From the NCBI GenBank assembly GCA_001770205.1, contig MEQL01000040.1, forward strand, positions 62,001 to 103,748: a stretch of DNA of 41,748 nt, in the 5' to 3' direction. The notes under the pieces are model-generated. The model saw only the letters and a list, made by a program, of their open reading frames with translations, made no database searches and was not told the origin of the DNA. This document shows positions 37,492-41,748 of this stretch, piece by piece (positions within the stretch are counted from its first letter, which is position 1; every line of letters starts with the position of its first letter). The DNA is from Bdellovibrionales bacterium RIFOXYD12_FULL_39_22. GTDB lineage: Bacteria > Bdellovibrionota > Bacteriovoracia > Bacteriovoracales > Bacteriovoracaceae. The position numbers were made by a program, and so were the translations under genes.

Positions 37492-38367
37492 TTAGTGTCC
37501 GATTGGCCCGCTTTTTGTGGGAGATGATTTTTGTTGGACTTCTTTAACTCGGCAGGCAAAATCGCGGATATTGGTAAAAGGGAAATCAGATTTTTTATCA
37601 GAAGATTTTTGCTGTAGAAATTTTTTCCAATCCTCTGATTGAAAATTTGCCCATGCAAATTGATTTTCTTGGGTGCGACTATTTTCGAGAAGTGGCAGAA
37701 TAAATTGTAAAAGTGAGCGTTTGGTTTGTAAGCGCGCAACGGGTGATTGATTATGAATATTCCTCAAAGTTTTTAAAATAACTTCATCCCTATCACCATC
37801 TTCATAATATTCTAAAATAAGGCCCGAGTTCAACATCTCTTCGGCATTAACTTTTTTAGAGGAGAGTAACCAGCTTCTTGCGTAGCTTTTTGGTATTATG
37901 GCACCTAAGATGCCAACGCCGCCACAGGTGGGAACAAGTCCTTCGCTGGCGTGATTAAAAGAGATGGTAGCACTTTTTTTTGCCAATCGGATATCGCCAC
38001 CTAACGTCAGTTCTGCTCCAATGCCGCTTGCACCGGCCTGAATATCCATAACAACAGTTTGAGGAAGAAAATACATTGAGTAGATTATTTTTTGTAAGCG
38101 AAGTAAAAGGGAGTTTAATTTTTCATTGGAAAAAAAATCAGAGTCAATTATATCATGTCCTTGGGAAAATAGATCGGAAGAGGAGGTAAAGAGTATGGAG
38201 TCAATCTCTAGATGGGAGGTGGCCCATGTTAAGAATGATTCCAATTCAAAAATCATTTCGTTATTTACAGCATTGTTGCACTCTGGGCGATGTAATTCCA
38301 CTTTGATTGATTTGTACTTGGGAATTGCTGAGACTTTTATCGTTTGATAGTTAAAGAGAGTGGACAT
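37492..38367 (-). CDS. Enoyl-CoA hydratase/isomerase (crotonase) family protein
   Basis: LHRPECNNA, FSQGHD, GIGAELTLGGDIR, GLVPTCGG. Start 38367 chosen by RBS; the ORF track gives 38400. Confidence 0.88.
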   Translation of the reverse strand: MSTLFNYQTIKVSAIPKYKSIKVELHRPECNNAVNNEMIFELESFLTWATSHLEIDSILFTSSSDLFSQGHDIIDSDFFSNEKLNSLLLRLQKIIYSMYFLPQTVVMDIQAGASGIGAELTLGGDIRLAKKSATISFNHASEGLVPTCGGVGILGAIIPKSYARSWLLSSKKVNAEEMLNSGLILEYYEDGDRDEVILKTLRNIHNQSPVARLQTKRSLLQFILPLLENSRTQENQFAWANFQSEDWKKFLQQKSSDKKSDFPFTNIRDFACRVKEVQQKSSPTKSGPIGH

Positions 38368-38567
38368 AAATGACCTTCCTTGGTTTATTGTTGTCCGCAA
38401 AATTTATATGACAATCCTTCGTCACATTCATGCTTGTACATTGTTTCAGGTTTGCTTTTATTTTGTCAAAAAATAATTTCGCAAGTTAGAGATTGTTGGC
38501 CATTGATGGAGCGCCGAACACAGATATTAGGCAATAGTTGCCGAAAACAGTTTGAGTGAACTTCTTT

Positions 38568-38870
38568 TTAAATATATTTAACTTCAATGTTGGCGAGGTA
38601 GTGTTCGATTGATTCAACGTTGCTTTTTGATCTTTGCAGATCTTTTTTTGTGGCGTTAGTTTCTAGATTGGCCCCTATTTCGCCAAGCTCATCAAATCCA
38701 TAACTTCCAGCATTGCCACTAATTTTGTGGCCAATGTTGCGCGCAGTAGTAAAATCCCCCTTCGCAAGAGCATCTTTTAGGGTAATTATTTCTTTGCGGC
38801 GGTTTTCCAAAAAACCTGGAACTATGTCAGCGATATCTTTGTCAATTTCAATAATTTTTTTATTAGACAT
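38568..38870 (-). CDS. Stand-alone Hpt phosphotransfer protein
   Basis: PGFLENRR, IGHKISGNAGSYGF; GGAG RBS before ATG 38870. Confidence 0.9.
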   Translation of the reverse strand: MSNKKIIEIDKDIADIVPGFLENRRKEIITLKDALAKGDFTTARNIGHKISGNAGSYGFDELGEIGANLETNATKKDLQRSKSNVESIEHYLANIEVKYI

Positions 38871-39038
38871 ACTTTCTCCATTCTTGAATTTTGAACTATC
38901 AAGCGTCAAATAGTCTGCCACACTTTGTCACAAAATCAAGATATTGTTTGGATAATTAACGCGATATTCGTTGATAAAATTGATATGGCTTAGCAGAGAA
39001 CGATTTGAAAAGACTAAAATTATTTTAAGGAAGGCAGT

Positions 39039-39494
39039 ATGACAGAAGTATTATTGGAGCGTAATTATTGGAATGATTTTGCGGATATTTACCTGCAACG
39101 AGAGGATGTTAGTTTTTTTACAAAGAATATTTTGGTGGTTGATGATGATCAAGATTTTGCTTTGTACGTGAAAAAAGTGTTGAGTGATATAGAAGATTTA
39201 TCGGTTGACCTGGCCATTGACCATTCAGCAGCATGGAAATATTTGAACAGAAAGGATTACGATATGATTGTTATGGATATAGCAATGCCGTCAGTTAATG
39301 GTGTTGATCTTGCTAAGTCTATTACGGAGTGGTACCGCAAGGGGTTTCCGATTATTTTCGTTTCAGGAAATAGAGAGCGTAGAGTTGATTTAATTAGAAA
39401 AAAGTTCAACTCAAATCACGTTGATTTTTGCCCTAAACCGTTGGATAAAAATTTTTTCAAGTTATTGGTCAAACGTAGAATAAATAGCTGGTAA
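39039..39494 (+). CDS. Single-domain response regulator with N-terminal extension
   Basis: ILVVDDD, MDIAMP, VSG, PKP. Confidence 0.88.
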   Translation: MTEVLLERNYWNDFADIYLQREDVSFFTKNILVVDDDQDFALYVKKVLSDIEDLSVDLAIDHSAAWKYLNRKDYDMIVMDIAMPSVNGVDLAKSITEWYRKGFPIIFVSGNRERRVDLIRKKFNSNHVDFCPKPLDKNFFKLLVKRRINSW

Positions 39495-39512
39495 TTGATA
39501 TACTTTAGGTTA

Positions 39513-40178
39513 TTAGTTGTCGGCGGTTAGCTTGTATCCTTCTGCATAGATACTTTCAATTTTGATCTTTCCTTCAAAAATTTTCTTTCTTATGGATGTT
39601 ATATGATTATCAACTACGCGATCAGTTACATTTGCCTCTCCCCAGACGATATTGAGTAGACGATCCCTCGATACGACTTCTCCCTCGTGGGCAATAAGAA
39701 AATTGAGGATTTTAAATTCTTTGGGAGTTAAATCGATTGTTTTGTTGCTAATGGTAACGGAGTGAGAGGTAAGATCTACTTCTAGATTACCTATAAGTTT
39801 TTTGGTTTGAGTTTTGCTGCGTTTAAAGATGGCCTCGATCATGGCCAAAAGTTCTCCTAAATCAAATGGTTTTTCTAGATAGTTATCGGCACCAAGTTTA
39901 TAGGCCATGGTGTGGGCAGAGGAGCCTTTTTTTGAGGAGAGAATAATGATCGGAGTATCATTCAGAAAAGGGTGGTTGCGAAACTGGTTGCAGAACTCGT
40001 AGCCAGAAACGCCTGGCAGTTCCAGATCAAGAATTATCAAATCTGGCCGCTTCTCTTGTGCCATAGACATTCCGGCCTCTGCGTTATCGGTTGATAGTAG
40101 TTGATAGTTGTTGCTTAGATGTTTTTGTAAGAGGTGTCTAATTTCAATATCGTCATCAATGGCCAGAATAGATTTCAA
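39513..40178 (-). CDS. OmpR-family response regulator
   Basis: AIDDD, LDLELP, EKP; winged helix LTPKEF...RVVDNHITSIRKK; GGAGG RBS with TTG start. Confidence 0.94.
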   Translation of the reverse strand: MKSILAIDDDIEIRHLLQKHLSNNYQLLSTDNAEAGMSMAQEKRPDLIILDLELPGVSGYEFCNQFRNHPFLNDTPIIILSSKKGSSAHTMAYKLGADNYLEKPFDLGELLAMIEAIFKRSKTQTKKLIGNLEVDLTSHSVTISNKTIDLTPKEFKILNFLIAHEGEVVSRDRLLNIVWGEANVTDRVVDNHITSIRKKIFEGKIKIESIYAEGYKLTADN

Positions 40179-40440
40179 ACATCCTCCGTATTTTTAGCTA
40201 GTGAAGTTTATCGTGCATACTGGTTATCAATTACCAGATATTGTACGAGTGAAATTAATTGTACATCATTTTGATTATGCCTTGTGCGGTAGAAATTTCC
40301 AACATGGAAAATCAAAATTAACTTGAATTTAATTTTAAATTGGTATGATGAATCAATGCAAATAAAAATACAAAATTAACTTTTTTAGAGATTTTTTACC
40401 AATCTCCTGATATAAATATTCTCTGCTTTTAACTAATTGT

Positions 40441-40527
40441 GCCCAGGTGGCGAAATTGGCAGACGCACTACCTTGAGGTGGTAGCGCTGGCAACGGCGTG
40501 CTGGTTCAAGTCCAGTCCTGGGCACCA
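40441..40527 (+). tRNA. tRNA-Leu (anticodon GAG)
   Basis: Acceptor stem GCCCAGG/CCTGGGC, discriminator A and encoded CCA; anticodon arm CTACC-TTGAGGT-GGTAG; long variable arm; GGTTCAAGTCC T-arm. Confidence 0.97.
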
Positions 40528-40536
40528 ACTCATTGT

Positions 40537-40568
40537 AAGGGAACCACCACGGTTCCCTTTTTGTTTTT
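40537..40568 (+). terminator. Rho-independent terminator after tRNA-Leu
   Basis: AAGGGAACC-accac-GGTTCCCTT hairpin followed by a T-rich tract. Confidence 0.85.
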
Positions 40569-40576
40569 AGAATCAA

Positions 40577-41666
40577 CTAGTTGGCCTTCCTTTTCAAATG
40601 TAAGATTTCGCCAAAATCGTCGCGTAGGGGCATAATAGGGGCATTTTTTTCAATTTGCTCAGAATGGCCCACTCCAAAATCCATGAACTGAACTGACTTC
40701 TGTAGATGGTCTGATGAAAAGTGCGCATACCGCAGAGTCATCTTCACATCGGTGTGTCCAAGAATTTTTTGCAGGTCAAAAAGACTTCCGCCGCTCATCA
40801 TAAATTGCGAAGCAAAGGTGTGTCGCATGTCATGAAAACGAATTTTATTCTTAATGCCGGCCATATCCGCATTTGTGAAAGCGACGGTAGAGGTGGCCAT
40901 AATCCACCGGCGTTCCATCTTCCTCACAAAATACAAAGCGCGGATTGAGTTGTCTTCGCATCAGCCCCAGGAGCAGCGAGCGAACGGACATTGTCATTGG
41001 AATGATCCGCTTTAGTTTCGTTTTCGTTGTATCCTTCATTTCGTATTTATCGCGATTTCGAGTAACCGTGATTTGATTGAGTGCAAAATCAATCCGATCC
41101 CAGCACAGTCCACAAAGCTCACCCATACGCAACCCTGTGTGTAGTGCCACAAAAAAGAGGGGATAAAGAGTGTCGCGATTATTGGGCAGCAGGAATTGTT
41201 CAATCTCCTTTTTAGACCAATATGCATCACACTTTAATTCAGCTTTTTGCCTAGGCACAAACTCCCACGGGTTCCCAAAAATGATTCGTTTACGTCTGGC
41301 GTAGTTCAAAATACTCTTCACCATGCCGACGTTATTATTGATTCCTTTGGGTGCATGCTTGGTTTCTTTGAGCTTGGCAATCAGCCTCATTCCGTGTTCT
41401 TCGCGCAAATCTTGAATGTTTACTTTTCCAATGACCGGAAAAACATTGGCCCGCAGGAGCTGTTCATAGTGAATGAAGGTTCGATACTCCCGATTGGCCT
41501 TGATGTGTTCTTCCAGCCAAATCCTTGCATACTCTTCAAACCTTATCTTTGTTGTCTGCACAAGAGAGTTATCACCACTGGCCTTGGCATGTTGTTTTTT
41601 GCCCTCCATGGTTGTCTTCCAAGTTTTCGCGTCGGTCTTGCGGTCGAAATATGGACTAGCGCAAGT
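40577..41666 (-). pseudogene. Tyrosine recombinase/phage integrase, frameshifted and 5'-truncated
   Basis: HTGLRMGEL lies in ORF 40851..41609, while FHDMRH, LGH and TLRY lie in another frame (40577..40936). The shift is near 40860-40880. Upstream FDRKTDAKTW runs back to an in-frame TAA at 41667-41669. Confidence 0.88.
40625..40644. repeat. 9-bp direct repeat TAGGGGCAT x2 (11-bp period), candidate integrase arm-type sites
   Basis: TAGGGGCAT-aa-TAGGGGCAT about 100 bp from the tRNA 3' end. Confidence 0.55.
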
Positions 41667-41748
41667 TTACTAAACTAATACCACAAAACCGCAACAACCA
41701 TCTAGAATCATTAATCTAATTGGCACTTTCAAATGTATACTCTGAAAT

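Noticed and set aside
40860..40880. Programmed ribosomal frameshift in the integrase
   Set aside because: No X XXY YYZ slippery heptamer at the junction, and the gene also appears 5'-truncated; mutation or assembly error is more likely.
339..41678. Many 60-156 aa ORFs on the opposite strand or in alternative frames (e.g. 339..731, 8841..9278, 9519..9926, 22916..23386, 30398..30829, 41247..41678)
   Set aside because: They lie within well-supported genes and show no recognisable motifs; treated as shadow ORFs.
1..41748. CRISPR array, rRNA or riboswitch
   Set aside because: No regularly spaced repeats or rRNA-like sequence; intergenic regions are short and I could not support a riboswitch, including upstream of moaA.

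Overview
AT-rich (roughly 37-40% GC by eye) bacterial chromosomal window with about 35 genes. The dense signalling content and anaerobic redox genes suggest a Bdellovibrionota/Oligoflexia-like or deltaproteobacterial genome; this is inference only. From left to right: a 5'-truncated NtrC-type regulator; a minus-strand operon encoding a NuoE/NuoF/GltD-NuoG trio (Stn/NfnABC-like transhydrogenase), a receiver-fused PEP-synthase-like protein, an intact glutamate dehydrogenase homologue that has lost its catalytic motifs, and a receiver protein; a substrate-binding protein, hybrid kinase and orphan RND pump; YgiQ, an SDR, a lipase and a stand-alone E2 domain; a five-gene cassette at 24.7-29.0 kb; an M14 peptidase; a molybdenum cofactor operon; MATE, crotonase and phosphorelay genes; and tRNA-Leu(GAG) followed by a decayed tyrosine integrase. 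The best candidate for an undescribed system is the five-gene cassette: two paralogous XRE-HTH proteins with V4R/H-NOX-like domains flank a divergent LuxI/FeeM-like acyltransferase, a SAM methyltransferase and an alpha/beta hydrolase, with back-to-back sigma-28-like promoters at the centre. Two other strong leads are the pseudo-GDH operon and a marked excess of GGCC with depletion of its transition variants. All family assignments are by visual motif recognition; no searches were run.
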